Positions 45,470 to 58,027 of a DNA stretch of 64,000 bases are shown piece after piece. A program made the translations under genes and the position numbers. The stretch is taken from NCBI GenBank assembly GCA_051294375.1, contig CM119263.1, forward strand, positions 26,821,525 to 26,885,524, read 5' to 3'. Positions within the stretch are counted from its first letter, which is position 1, and every line of letters begins with the position of its first letter. The notes beneath the pieces were generated by a model, which saw nothing but the letters and a program-made list of their open reading frames with translations, was not told the DNA's origin and did not search any database. Source of the stretch: Paraspadella gotoi (taxonomy: Eukaryota; Animalia; Chaetognatha).

Positions 45470-48270
45470 ATTGATTGATAGTATTTTGTTATTGCCATTT
45501 GCTTTTTACGGCATATAGTATTTTATGAATATCTATATGCTTTGATTATTTTATTAGGTCTGTTTTTATAAGTGAACAAATAAAGCTTTTGTTCTGGAAA
45601 ACATTTTTATTCATTCTAAAGACTAGTGAAAGTAAGACGTTGGCGAACGTACCGTTCGCCACATTGGTAATCCCGACAACGAACTTTCAGAGCCTCTTGA
45701 GCAATACTCGAGACGCCCACCACCTCTTTGAGTCAGATTAAACGCAACGACGCCAGATTCAACGTGAGACCCTCAACACCTCGACCAATGCCACTCCCAG
45801 TTCCTGGCGTCACCACAAGGGCCAAGCCTCTTCGCTTCCAATCCCGCCTTCAACCCGCCGCGCAGACTCTCTCTCAAACCCGATTTCGACGCCGAGGAGG
45901 TCGAGGCGGCCACCAGCAGTGCGTCACACGCCGCGAACCGCGAAAAACTTTGTTTTCCTTCACGGGCCCAAGAAATTTTCGTAGACGCCCCCGCAACGAT
46001 GGCAGAAGGCTCAACCAACGCAAACGGAGGTCGAGGCCCTTCGTGCGGCGCTCGACGCCCGCCATGGCCGCCCACTCCGGCCGCCCAGGAGCGCTCGCCC
46101 GATCAGAAAAGCCAAGAAGCCAGATCTCCCGCCTTTCGATAACATCGAGATTTGGATAAGACGGATAGAATCTGCTTACACGCGAGCAAGGGTCGTCGCC
46201 GCCAAGGATAAGTTCGGCCTCTGGAGGCGAAGATCTCCGTCGACGTTGATCCACGCATCAACGCATATTTATATGGGGAACCATCTGAGGCAAGATTGGA
46301 CGGCCTTTATCGACTATCTTCGCGCTGATATGGTTTGACAAAGCGGCGCCCAAGCTGAGATGCTTCTCGATGCAAAGATCGCCCGCGACGACTGAAACCA
46401 TCCCAACATCTCTCCCCGCCTCGTCGAAAATCATCACAGTAACTCTCGACGACATCAGGAAGAGCTTATCATCAGAGGCCTTCCTCCAGCAATCAGAGCA
46501 AACGTCATCGACCGCGCCGACTTGTCCACAGCCGCGGGAGCTCGCGAGATTGCCGACAAACATTTCGACGCAGCCGGGGAAACCGCTTTATAGAATTGCC
46601 GCGGCGCCGTGAACCTCGTAATCACGACGACGATTTCCCTTCTCCAGCGACGATGAAGAACGCGTTGAGTCAACGCGGTCAATCGACGCCGCGATCAACG
46701 CCTCCAGTTTCGACCAGGCTGAGCCACGCCTCTAGCGCCGCCCGAGAGCCAACGGAAAACCAGACGGCGCAACCTCTTCGCGACTCAAACAGATTTGCCA
46801 GTTCCATCTGAAATTTGGAGACGCAGCTTACAGATGTGAAAAAGGCTGCGCACGTTACGGAGAAAAAGGCGCTGCCAAACGGGAAACGCCAGGCGGGAAG
46901 GCGCAGGTGAAAGCCATTCCCCGCCAGAACAACAATTCACCACACAACTCTTACCTTCTCTACGTTGCTGACGCCAGCGATGGACGGGCTTGGCTCATAG
47001 ACGGAGGCGCAATGCTTTCGTTGGTGCCACCCACGCCCGAGGCAGCGCGCTGCTGGCCCTTCTGGCCCACAACTCCAAGCCGCGAATGGGACGCCGATAA
47101 CATGCTTCGGCACTGTAATGAAGAACATCACCCTTGGTCGCAGAAGGATTCCCGTGAAGTTTTGGTTGCCGATGTCACTCAAAGCATCTTAGGGGCAGAT
47201 TTCTTAGCCCAATACTTCCTTGCTCCAAACCATCGTGTATGGCCTGCTCCTGGATCTCAAGGATTACTCGACGATCACCTGCGCTCGGCCTACGGCCAAA
47301 CAGCTTCTCATGTCATTTCGTCGGCCAGGATAATCAGTCTTTACCAGCTGCTGGACCAGTATCAACTTTGTGCACGCCGACTTTTGAAATTAAAGGACCC
47401 AAACATGGAATTCGCCATTACATTACGACACAGGGCGCCCGTGCCAAGCACGTGCGCGTCGCTTATCTCCAGAGAAATTAGCAGTAGCCCAAGCCGAACT
47501 GGAACAAGATGGTGGAGCTGGGCGTTGCAGTCCGAGCTAAGAAGCCCATGGTCCTCGCCACTACAACTGCGTCCCTAAAAGGAGATGAGGGTGGCGAGTT
47601 TGTGGCGATTACCGCCAACTCACGCACAAACGATTCCAGATCGGTATCCGGTGAACTGCTTGCAGATTTCAACGCACGTTGGCAGGAAAAAAGGTTTTCT
47701 CCAAGATTGACCTTTTAAAGGGGTTATCACCAGATCCCTGTGCATCGGAAGATGTCCCAAACGGCGGTCATCACCCTTTCGGACTTGTTATGTTTTCCTG
47801 CGGACCCATTCGGTTTAAAAAACGCAGGATCAAGATTTCCCAGCGCTTGATGGACGAGATACTCGGCTGGAATGCCCGGGTATATGTCTACCTCGACGAC
47901 ATTCCTGGTCGCAAGTGAGACGACGAGCAGCATGCCAAGGATCTAAAAGAGGTTTTCGAGGCACTGGTAAGAGAATGGCCTGGTGATAAACCGAAAAAAA
48001 TGCATCTCCTCGGCCAGAGTCTTGGAATTTCTGGGCTATCACGTCGACGCGAGCGGCGTGAGCCTCTCCCTCAGCGCGTCGATGCCCTTCGCAGACAGCA
48101 GCGCCATAACCGTCAAGGAGCTTCAGCGCTTTCTCGGAATGGTGAATTACTACCGAAGGTTTCATCCGAGAGTGGCGCATCATGCAACGCCTCTTTTATG
48201 ATGCCCTTAAGGAAAACCGCGACGCCTTGGACTGGACGCCAAGTTGTCAACGCGGATTCGACGCCGTTAT
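45470..48270 (+). mobile_element. Ty3/gypsy LTR retrotransposon, CsRn1-like clade, truncated and degenerate (5' LTR, gag, protease, RT)
   Basis: The LTR ends GCCACA at 45663 (its start is approximate), followed by TGGTAATCCCGAC. CQFHLKFGDAAYRCEKGC at 46796-46849, GGGAAAC at 46881, WLIDGGA, ILGADFL, FSKIDLLKG, YVYLDDI, LQRFLGMVNYYRRF. No RNase H or integrase before the gap. Confidence 0.92.
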
Positions 48271-49889
48271 CCTTTCCTCTGTTTCCGGGTTTCATTCGTC
48301 TGTGATGAAACATTGACGAAATCAATAAATATCAACAAATGAAGTAGTAAACATANNNNNNNNNNNNNNNNNNNNNNNNNNNNNNNNNNNNNNNNNNNNN
48401 NNNNNNNNNNNNNNNNNNNNNNNNNNNNNNNNNNNNNNNNNNNNNNNNNNNNNNNNNNNNNNNNNNNNNNNNNNNNNNNNNNNNNNNNNNNNNNNTTAAG
48501 AGAAATACTTTGTGAAGGTTAAAGACTTAACAATGAAAATGTAGATAACAATAAGGAACATAATGATGATAACATAGTGATGACACCTATTAAACTATAT
48601 GTGCTATAGTGTCTTTTGTTTTAATAATGTTATTGACATACTACAATACATAAATTGTAAAATTGAATATTTATATGTTGTGAAACAGAGTGGCGCCTTT
48701 CACTAATGTGGGCCGAAAGTCCTGAGATCGAATCTCTCTGAAGAATATTTTATTTACATTGATTATCAATTATTTTAAGTTCATAAAAATATTAAACTCT
48801 CGAAGACATATGTCTCATTATACGAGATGGCTATTCACCCAATAGTGGAGGAAAGAAAGGGGATTCAAACCCGCATTGTTCCATTTGTCCCAATATTTAA
48901 AACTTTAATTAGCAGCTGTCGAGTCTTGGTCGAACATAGCATCGGCATCAGTTCGCTGCGTTGGTGGCCGAGGTTGTGGATGGTGCGATTGGTGTGGTAA
49001 TCCGGTCCCTCCTGGGTGTTTCAAAACTCAATCCGCATAGTTCCATCCAGGTGTAAGTGATGAGACCATATTTTATAAATGTAATCTAATTAATAATCGT
49101 TCATTAGAAAAATATTTTCATTAAATAACAAGCATATTTTCAATTACAACTCAGTTTTTGTTTTTTCTTTAAACAAAAACAAATTAAATTACAGATAAAT
49201 ACATGAAATACAAAATGTATGAAAAAAATAAAAATTAACAAGAATGTAACATCATCAGTTTCTGTGAATTACAAGATTACAAGAAAAAAATAAATTGCGT
49301 ATTTTGCGCTTTTAGCCTAAGTAGAATTAAAGTGTCTTAAAATAGCTTGTGATTTTTTTTATAATTTTATACATGAAACCGTACTTGAAACCATAAAGCT
49401 ATATTTATATATTGTAATGAATTGAAATTAATTTGTTATTAAATTTTAAGACCGTATTAGAATTTCTCGTAAAATAAAGTAAACATTTTTTTAAACAAGA
49501 TAGAGCAAACAATGTCGGATCTGCCTACGATAATTAAGCGGTAATCAGATAATCAGCTGATAAATCACAATTTTTTTAAAAATTTTTTTTAACTCGCATC
49601 ATTTTTAGTCGGATCTGCTTATCAGCAGATCCCGANNNNNNNNNNNNNNNNNNNNNNNNNNNNNNNNNNNNNNNNNNNNNNNNNNNNNNNNNNNNNNNNN
49701 NNNNNNNNNNNNNNNNNNNNNNNNNNNNNNNNNNNAGAAAAATTTTGGAAATCCGAAAATCGTTTTTATTTGAAAATACTTTTTTAAAATTTTAACTCCA
49801 TTTTAAAAATATTTTATACTCTCGGCATAATAAAGAACATGCCCAAATTAAAATAAAAATCTTAAAAGCAATAGGGATCGAGCCGCTTT

Positions 49890-50100
49890 CGATGGTAACC
49901 AAATATTGATGCGATGATAACCAAATATTGACGCGATTGATAACCAATAATTGATGCGATGATAACAAAATGACTGATGTGATGATAATCAAATGATTTT
50001 TGCGATGATAGTCATTCATTGATATGATGATAATCATTCATTGATACGATGATAGTCATTCATTGATGCGATGATAGTAATTCACTGACGCGATGAATCA
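49890..50100 (+). repeat. About 21-bp minisatellite (gatgcgatgataaccaaatatt-like)
   Basis: Roughly ten degenerate tandem copies. Confidence 0.65.
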
Positions 50101-50137
50101 TTCATCGTAAATAAAACAAACAAATGCGTGTATGAGT

Positions 50138-50203
<66 letters not shown>

Positions 50204-50219
50204 CTGGACAGTTTCCCGC

Positions 50220-50373
50220 CAACGAAACGCATTATTAGGTCTCTCTCGTTTATATAAAGAATAATCAGAATTTTTAGGAAAAACATCCACGAAAATCTCG
50301 GATGTAAATTTGGGATTTTGTATTGAGAAAAAAGCGCGGAATAAATGGCGATAATAAAAGTTTTTAGAAGGAA

Positions 50374-50438
<65 letters not shown>

Positions 50439-51026
50439 AAGAAGAGAGAGAGAGAAAAAGAAGCCATATAAGAAATTTTTTGTACATTGAAAAATTATAA
50501 TCCCTATTAACAAAATATATAGTTGAAAATACTCAGTTAACGACTATGATATTTTTGACTTCCAAATAATAATAATAATATCGCGTTATCGCGTTATTAG
50601 GTCATGTTCCTTGACATTGTTTACTCGTTTCTTCGCAACGGCCACGAAATCCAGGTAAAGAGAAAAAAGCGCGGAATAAATGGTGATAATAAAGTTTTTA
50701 GAAGGAAAAAAATAATCAGAGAGAGACAGAGAGAGAGAGAAATAAAAAGAAAAAACCGTATTTCTTTCCAATTATATCGGTTATCTGTTGCCTCGCAACG
50801 GCGGCGTGATCTCGGTCAAGTTGATCCTACTATACACGTAACGGTCAAGTAAGTTATTCTTCACATTTTCTCAAAAAAATCCACGAAAATCTCAGATATA
50901 AATTGGGATTTTGTATTGAAAAAAAAAAGCGCGGAATAAATGGCGATAATAAAAGTTTTAGAAGGAAAAAAATAATCAGAATTTTTCAAAAAACGAACGA
51001 TCACGCAAGAGATCGTAAAGAGAGAA

Positions 51027-51083
<57 letters not shown>

Positions 51084-51723
51084 AGCTGAACAGACGCTGC
51101 ATAGGCGGAACTCGTTTACTCGTCGCCAAATTAAAATATAGTTTACTATATACTAATTTGATATTGCAGTAAGTACTATAATCTAATAGCATATTGCAGT
51201 AAATTATAATGAAGTGGAAATTCAAACAAAAAATACTTGAATCGATATGAAACAAAGAAAATGGACACACATTTCAAATTCATCACTGCCTCACTAATGG
51301 AACTTGATAACTAGATACATTGTTTGGTAGTTAAACCATAAACCGGCAAAAATAGGCAGTAAAAAAATGATCGGCATATAGCATACAATCCGGAATATTC
51401 AAATTGTGAAAAAAATTTAAGGTTTTTCGCTCAACAACATTGGACAGAGTATGAAAAGATTTCCTCTGGCAATGTAAATCTGTATTAAATATGCTATTTG
51501 CTTATTATATATTTTTTTCTTTAATACAATCATGTTAGAGACGGAGAGAAATGGAGAGAAGCGTAAAATTTCTGACGTATGAGTTATTCTTCACTTTTTC
51601 TAAATAAATCCACGAAAATCTTGGATGTAATTTGGATAATGGTGATAATAAAAGTTTTTTAGAAGGAAAAAAATAATCAGAATTTTTCAAAAAACAAACG
51701 ATCACGCAAAAAATCGTACACAC

Positions 51724-51754
<31 letters not shown>

Positions 51755-52210
51755 GTCACAGAGAGAGACACAGAGAGAGACAGACAGAGAGAAACAAAGC
51801 TGGACAGCTGCTGGAAAGGCCGCTGTACAGTCATTGCAGAGACTGAACTCGTTTTCTCTAAAAAAAGAAAATATATATATGTAATTTAAAGAAATAAAAG
51901 AAAGGCAAAATATGTTACAATTGTTTACATTGGAAATTTTTCCAATTTTTTCCAATCGCAGCTTGTAAAAGATTTTATTTTTATTTGTATTAAAATTAAG
52001 ATATAGCTTCTCATTAAAAAGATAATTTGAGTTCCCATTTTTATTATATTTTTAAAAAAAAATTTTTGAATTTCATCTTCAATATTATATACTGCAATAT
52101 GTAAATTAATTAAAGCATTTCTATATACTAATTTGGACGTTATAATGAGTATTTTAATCTCATTTGCATATTGCAGTAAATCATAATGAAGTGGAAATTC
52201 AAACAAAAAA
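50220..52210 (+). repeat. Degenerate tandem array of a unit containing ccacgaaaatct...gcgcggaataaatggcgataataaaagtttttagaagg, interspersed with (GA)n
   Basis: About four related copies near 50285, 50640, 50880 and 51610. Confidence 0.7.
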
Positions 52211-52403
52211 TACTTAAATCCAAATGTAATATGAAAATATCACAGCTATTTCAGGATGAAAAGCCATATCTAAATTTTTAACTTACTATCATCGCACACT
52301 TTTGTAAAACTTTATCATAATTCATAATAATTTTATTTTAAAAAAAACGGTAAGTTACAGCCAAACCTATAAAAGCGTAGTAGTTTTTATATAAAAACAG
52401 CGT

Positions 52404-52502
52404 GACGCCGACGACGACGACGACGACGACTACGTCACAAAGAAGCAAACCTAAAACATTATAGAGCCTGAACCGGCTTCGCCGGTCATGGCTCGATAAA
52501 AA
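52404..52502 (+). mobile_element. Probable 3' end of a second non-autonomous Helentron-like element
   Basis: (GAC)n tract, then TTATAGAGCC, the hairpin ACCGGC-TTC-GCCGGT, and GGCTCGATAAAAA. Confidence 0.4.
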
Positions 52503-55500
52503 TTAAGAAGCCCACGAACCCTTGTCGCGTCCTTCGAACCCCAATGCCTCTCTCTGATCTTCCACCAACGGACGTTCTGTTTGGCTAACATATCCTTACT
52601 TCAGGTAAAACTATTTTATTATGTAAAGATATTATTATGCACTCGGTTATTCTGACATTATAGTTAAACTTAATTGGGTATACTTTATAGAAGGAGGTCG
52701 GCAGGTGGATTTTGCGTTCTTCGATGAATTGCAAGGAAATTATAAACATTTATTATCGGGAATGCACATCGCTATCTCTGTTCAAACTTCGTAGCATCTC
52801 GTTACTGTCTCGTTACCGGGACTCACAACTTCCGCCTATCTAGAATGGACGAATCGCTATTCCGATGACCAAAAAGTGACAGAAAACCGAAGAAAGAAAG
52901 GTTGATTAATTAAATTATCGAAAGAAATTATTTGAGGGGATTCGAGTAAAATTGCTGATATTCCCAAGTTTTACGGTTACTATAATGGTCATGCTTGTCT
53001 TATGCTTTTTCTACTCAGAAACCGTGAGAGTTACATAAGTGAAAGATTTTGTGACGTCGTTTCCGATCATTTTCCCTTGGTAATTTAGTTTTATTTCAGT
53101 CCAGTTTTTTTACCATTCTAGTCGTTTTTCATAGCTTTCTTTGGCCGAAAAACTCGTCACTTGTTATTCAATCAATCGTTTCTCTGGAAAAGATCGGCGG
53201 TATGGATCCGTAGTTTTTACAGAATACAAATATTTTTTTACACCAATTAATTTCGCCATTTTTTTATTCTCTTCAAAAATAAAATTATGTTCAATTTATT
53301 CACGATTTATTTGTCATTTATTCGATAATTACGTCATTCAAGATTTAGAAAACCTTGCTCCGTGTTAAAGCCAGAGCAACCTACGGCCGACGAATCGAAT
53401 GCGCGACTCTCGAGGCATAGAAATAATTAAACATTTTCAATCCCTGTTCAAAAACATAAAACATAAAATTTTGCGTATTAATTCCGACTAATTACTACGG
53501 AACTTGCTTTATTCTAAACGAATCAATTTTTTTTCTCATATATAAACAATTTGAAAATATCAAGAATTAACCTTTAAAAAATAAATTTCAATCCGGTAGT
53601 TATTTTGCTTATTCAAATTGCGCCGCTCATTGATGCTGCCGTCGCTTTAGCGCTCTCTCCCTTTTTTGAAGTTAGAGAAAATCTCCAAGGAGAAAGAAAG
53701 GTCAAATTTGCGACGCCGCTTTCTACATCAATGTCGCCGACTCCTTCGCCGTATCCTTCACGTCGTCTCCATCGTCGTTCCGGTTACGATAATGGTCATG
53801 CTTGTTTATGTAACTCTCGCGGTTTTTAAGTAGAAGAAGCATAAGTGTGTGGTTTGCCCCATAATATTCTAAAAATGTGTTTTTGTGATATTTCTTTTTA
53901 TCATAACTGAACTTGTGATCCAGTCATACATTTTTGCCAACCATAATGATAAGTTGTTGTTAAAATAATTTTTTTTAATTATAGGCTCGCGATCATAATG
54001 TATAAAAGACATTATTATGGTTGTCGAGGAGCAGATAGAAGAAGTAGAAGATTAAGTAGTATCTCCACTAGTAGACGAAGTTGATTTTTACTTTAAAAGG
54101 TAAATTTTTTTTAAATTAGAAAATTTTTCTTAAAAACTATCTTAAATAAAAAAATTAAAGAACATATTTAAACTTTTCATAGGAGTTTCATCAAATTCCG
54201 CCATGTCCAATGATGGCACGTGAGACGATACAATGAGGAGCGTCGGATCGCTTGATCGCGCGATCGCCAATTACCGTCGACTTTGACATCGTCACGCCGT
54301 CACTCCGTCAGCGATTCGACGTGAAAAAAAAGTTCGCGAAAACTGTAGTCTTGAAGTGACCGAGAGGAGAAAGCCCCCACACTTAGTGTGCCCAGTGGTT
54401 CTGGGAGATTTATCCATCTGTTGCTTTTTTTGCGGAACTTGGATGCGGCGGTAGGCTTCTACCGGTGGTTTAACCCACCCGTCACTATTTTTGCAAGGAC
54501 TGTTCCGACCAGGGCCAAAACCTGTGACCATTGGGTTAAGAGATGAAGCATTAGCCAAATGCGCTATTACAGTGCTGATGACAGGAAGTTGTATTCAATG
54601 GGTAATCTCTTCCTCTCTCTCTCTCAGGTTGTAGTCTGTTTATAAAAATTCAATACATGTGGCTTATGAATATTATTTGCCTCTTTAATTGTTTAATTTA
54701 ATATTTGATAGATTTGCTTGTTACCGTATTGCATTTTTTCTGTACGAAAAATAATATAAATTTGAAATACATGATTGATAATCTTCATCTTTCTTAATGA
54801 GTATCGGAGCAAGAAAAAAAAATATATCACACCCATTCCTACCCACACACAAAATTTCATTCCAATCCAAACCAGCCAATCACGAGTTATTGGAGCTTTT
54901 TGCTAAGGTGGGACGGATGGACGGATTGATTGACTGATTAATTAATTATTGATTAATTAAATGACTAATTGATTAATTAACTGATTAATTATTTGATTTA
55001 TTAAATACATCCTGCATATACATTTAAATATAAAAGGAAAAAGAATCATAATCAATTAGTGAAACAGGTTTTTTGTTTTTTCTATTTAAACTCATTTCCA
55101 CTCAAAAGATTCTATCGAAACTTGGTTTCCTGTTCAATAACTCACTTTTCTACTCACATACAAAATTCCAGGTCAATCGATAATTAAGTGGTAATAAGCT
55201 AACTTGGTCAACTTGCATAATTTAATCAACTTGCAAAATTTGGTCCAATCTTTCAGGTGAAGCTTCAACAGCTGTCTCATTCTAAATTGTTTCTTATTGG
55301 TTTTTTTTTTAAATTCCACTCCCTCAGCCAATCATATTGCGTTATTTTTTTGTCACGTGATCTGGCGGCAAATTTTAATTTAAATCTTCAAAGATAAAAT
55401 GTTTGATAAAATTCTGAAATATATTAGCTTCCGTGTCTAAACTATCGCACTAATTTTAAATGTTTTTTCCATTTTTTAATAATTTACTATACGGGTCAAT

Positions 55501-56284
55501 GAAATAGATTGCAGAATTTCTTTAGTTTTGACTTTATTCCGCCTTAATGTATACTGTATACAGTAAAAGAGGGAGAGGGAGTGAGGTGACTTGTGCCCCG
55601 ACTTGTGGGTTGAGCGCTACTCTCACAATATCCCGAGTGAAACTCCTGGTCACGGCTCGTGGGTTGCCGGAAGGATGAGGACTCCTTGAGGAGGGGACGA
55701 TGAAGGGAGGAGGAGGAGGGGACGACGTAGAGAGGGAAGAGCAGTTTCGGGAACGGGAGATGGCTCTGCCGGTAAACGAACCTTTATCTTGCTTGCCCTT
55801 GACTATGGTGGTTTAAGGCCTTCATCAAACTTACAAGATAATAACATAGGAGGACTCTGCAAGCTTTCATGCAAGACTATCTCTCAGTTTCATTTATTAT
55901 ATGGCGATATTACCATGGCGAATAACAAGTTTCACTTCTTTTCACAACTCGCTCAATCTGTCCTCACCTTCAACCTGTCCTCACATCTGTCCACTATTCT
56001 GTCTCACCACTTTGTAGGAAAACTTTTACCCTCTCTCTCTCTCACACTTTTCTTTTGCACAAACTTTTTATTGTACGTTAAACGCTGATGAAGGCTCTCA
56101 AATAAAAATCGTTGTATCAATTTTTAAAACACTTTGCTTTCTCTAATGATATCTAATTAATAGTAATTATAAAGTAAAACTCAAAATAAATTTTTAATAC
56201 AAAAATCTTCAAAAATAAAACAAATCTAATTTTCTTAAAAATGTCTTTTAAGTCTTTGAAATATATTAATGCAATCCATAATAT

Positions 56285-56936
56285 TATGGTGGACTAAAAT
56301 CTACCAACCTTTCATCAGCGGCCATTGGTGCCAGAGGCAAGTCATTCGCCTCCCAACCCAAAGGTCCAGGGTTATAGCCCGGTGGCCGCATAGCAGTTAA
56401 GAGGGAAGGGGCACTTAATCCGCCTGTAACAATGTTACAGCCTGATCCAAAGCTCAGGGACTGCTTATATTGAACGGTTCTGTCACTAACACATAACATT
56501 TATCATGGTCTCTTCATTGGTGACCCCAACTTCCGAACACAACAGCAACAACAACACTTTCAGGCAACATGCCTCAACCTGGCGATGCACCTTCCGCCAA
56601 CAACACATCAGGGAAATATGCCTCAACTTGGTGACGAATTTTCCACCAACAACAACAATTCACTGAAGAGATGCAACACTTCTCCCTAAGGGAGGGGGGA
56701 ATATATGGTGGACTAAAATCCACCAACCGTTCATCAGCGGCCATTGGTGCCGGAGGCAAGTCATTCACTCCCAACCCAAAGGTCCATAGTTCTAGCCCGG
56801 TGGCCGCCTAGCAGTTAAGAGGGACGGGGCGCTTAACACGCCTGTAACACGGTGTTACAGCCTGATCCGAAGCTCAGGGACTGCTTATATTGAACGGTTC
56901 TGTCACTAACACATAACAATTATCACTGTCTCTTCA
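56285..56936 (+). mobile_element. TRIM family B: non-autonomous LTR retroelement with a tRNA(Gly-like) module in its LTRs (TRIMp3/Helenus-like)
   Basis: LTRs at 56285-56516 and 56704-56936 (TATGGTGG...TCTTCA). PBS TGGTGACCCCAAC at 56518 (tRNA-Trp type), PPT AAGGGAGGGGGGAA at 56688-56701, ATAT TSD. Each LTR contains a GCGGCCA...TGGCCGC acceptor-like stem, a CCC anticodon-like loop and a B-box-like T arm. Confidence 0.88.
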
Positions 56937-57789
56937 ATATCCTAATAGCTACTTTTTTGTTGGTCTCAAAGTACTTGGGACTAAATCAAAATAATTGTTT
57001 TTATTCTGAGTACTTGGGACTAAATCCAAAAAAATTGTTTTCAGAGGTAAATATTATAATAATAGTATATAAATGTGTAAACATGTTAAAAATTGTTTGG
57101 ATAATACAATTTATTCAAAAAAATCAAGCATTTACAGAAGGTGGCACAAGGTTTTGCAGATTATGTCTTTAAATATATCAAGGAATGACTACACCTATCA
57201 GTACTAGATGAGGAAAAAATTATATTATGTATTACCATCAATTATGAAGAACAAATATATATGAAATTTATATAACAAATATGCAAATTATTTATTGATT
57301 AATCTTACTATTCTGCTTACCGATTTTAAAAAAGGTATTGTAAGTTAAAGCATCTATTCTATAAGATAGAAATATGGCAGGACCAAGCAAGCTTTGATGA
57401 AAACCATCAAGATTCTCAAAAAATAAATCATAAGCATTTTGTTCAAGTTAAAAAATAAATAGTAGCACAAAATTAATTAATAATTATACTAATGACTATT
57501 AAAATTACAAAAATTTTTAGAAAATTTAAAATGATTAAAAATGGTAATAAATATAAATGTATTAATAATCATTTGAATGACAGTAAAGATCATCGAACCA
57601 TGAAGCAAATTTTTAATCATAAGATTATATGTGGTATTACAGATTATGACAAAATATTCGTCGTAGTTAAAAAAATATTTCCAAATTTATTTTACTAAAT
57701 AATAATCTCGATACATGCAATAAGACTCAAAAAATATTTAAAAAGTTTTTTATTAGAAATTTAGGATTGGCCTCCTAACAAATATTTAT

Positions 57790-58027
57790 TATCACAAGTA
57801 GATGTGCACAAAAGAATGCACCTTAAGTTTGTATTAGCACACTTACAACGGGTACATGGGGCTCGACAACCACATTTTACAAATTCATGAACTTCTTTGC
57901 TTGCTTCTCCTTGAATCATCCAAAGTGGTTGTCAAACTTGAGCATTCTTTAATTGGACTCTCTTTCATCCATAATTAGATGGTGATGGAAGCCTTTGAAA
58001 GTGCTGCAATCACCTGCTCCAAATATA
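57790..58027 (-). pseudogene. Decayed C-terminal fragment of a transposon-associated CXC (Tesmin/TSO1-like) domain protein (mirrored at about 62932-63170, +)
   Basis: Frameshifted translation, reconstructed from both mirrored copies: IWS..LQHFQRLPSPSNYGW...QPLWMIQGEASKEV.EFVKCGCRAPCTRCKCANTNLRC..LCTSTC. Confidence 0.55.

Noticed and set aside
49890-52210. CRISPR-like repeat-spacer array
   Set aside because: The context is eukaryotic, the units are degenerate tandem repeats without unique fixed-length spacers, and there are no cas genes.
56085-56115. Penelope-type hammerhead starting CTGATGAAGGC
   Set aside because: It lacks the complementary stem II strand and the GAAA core, so it is at most a decayed relic.
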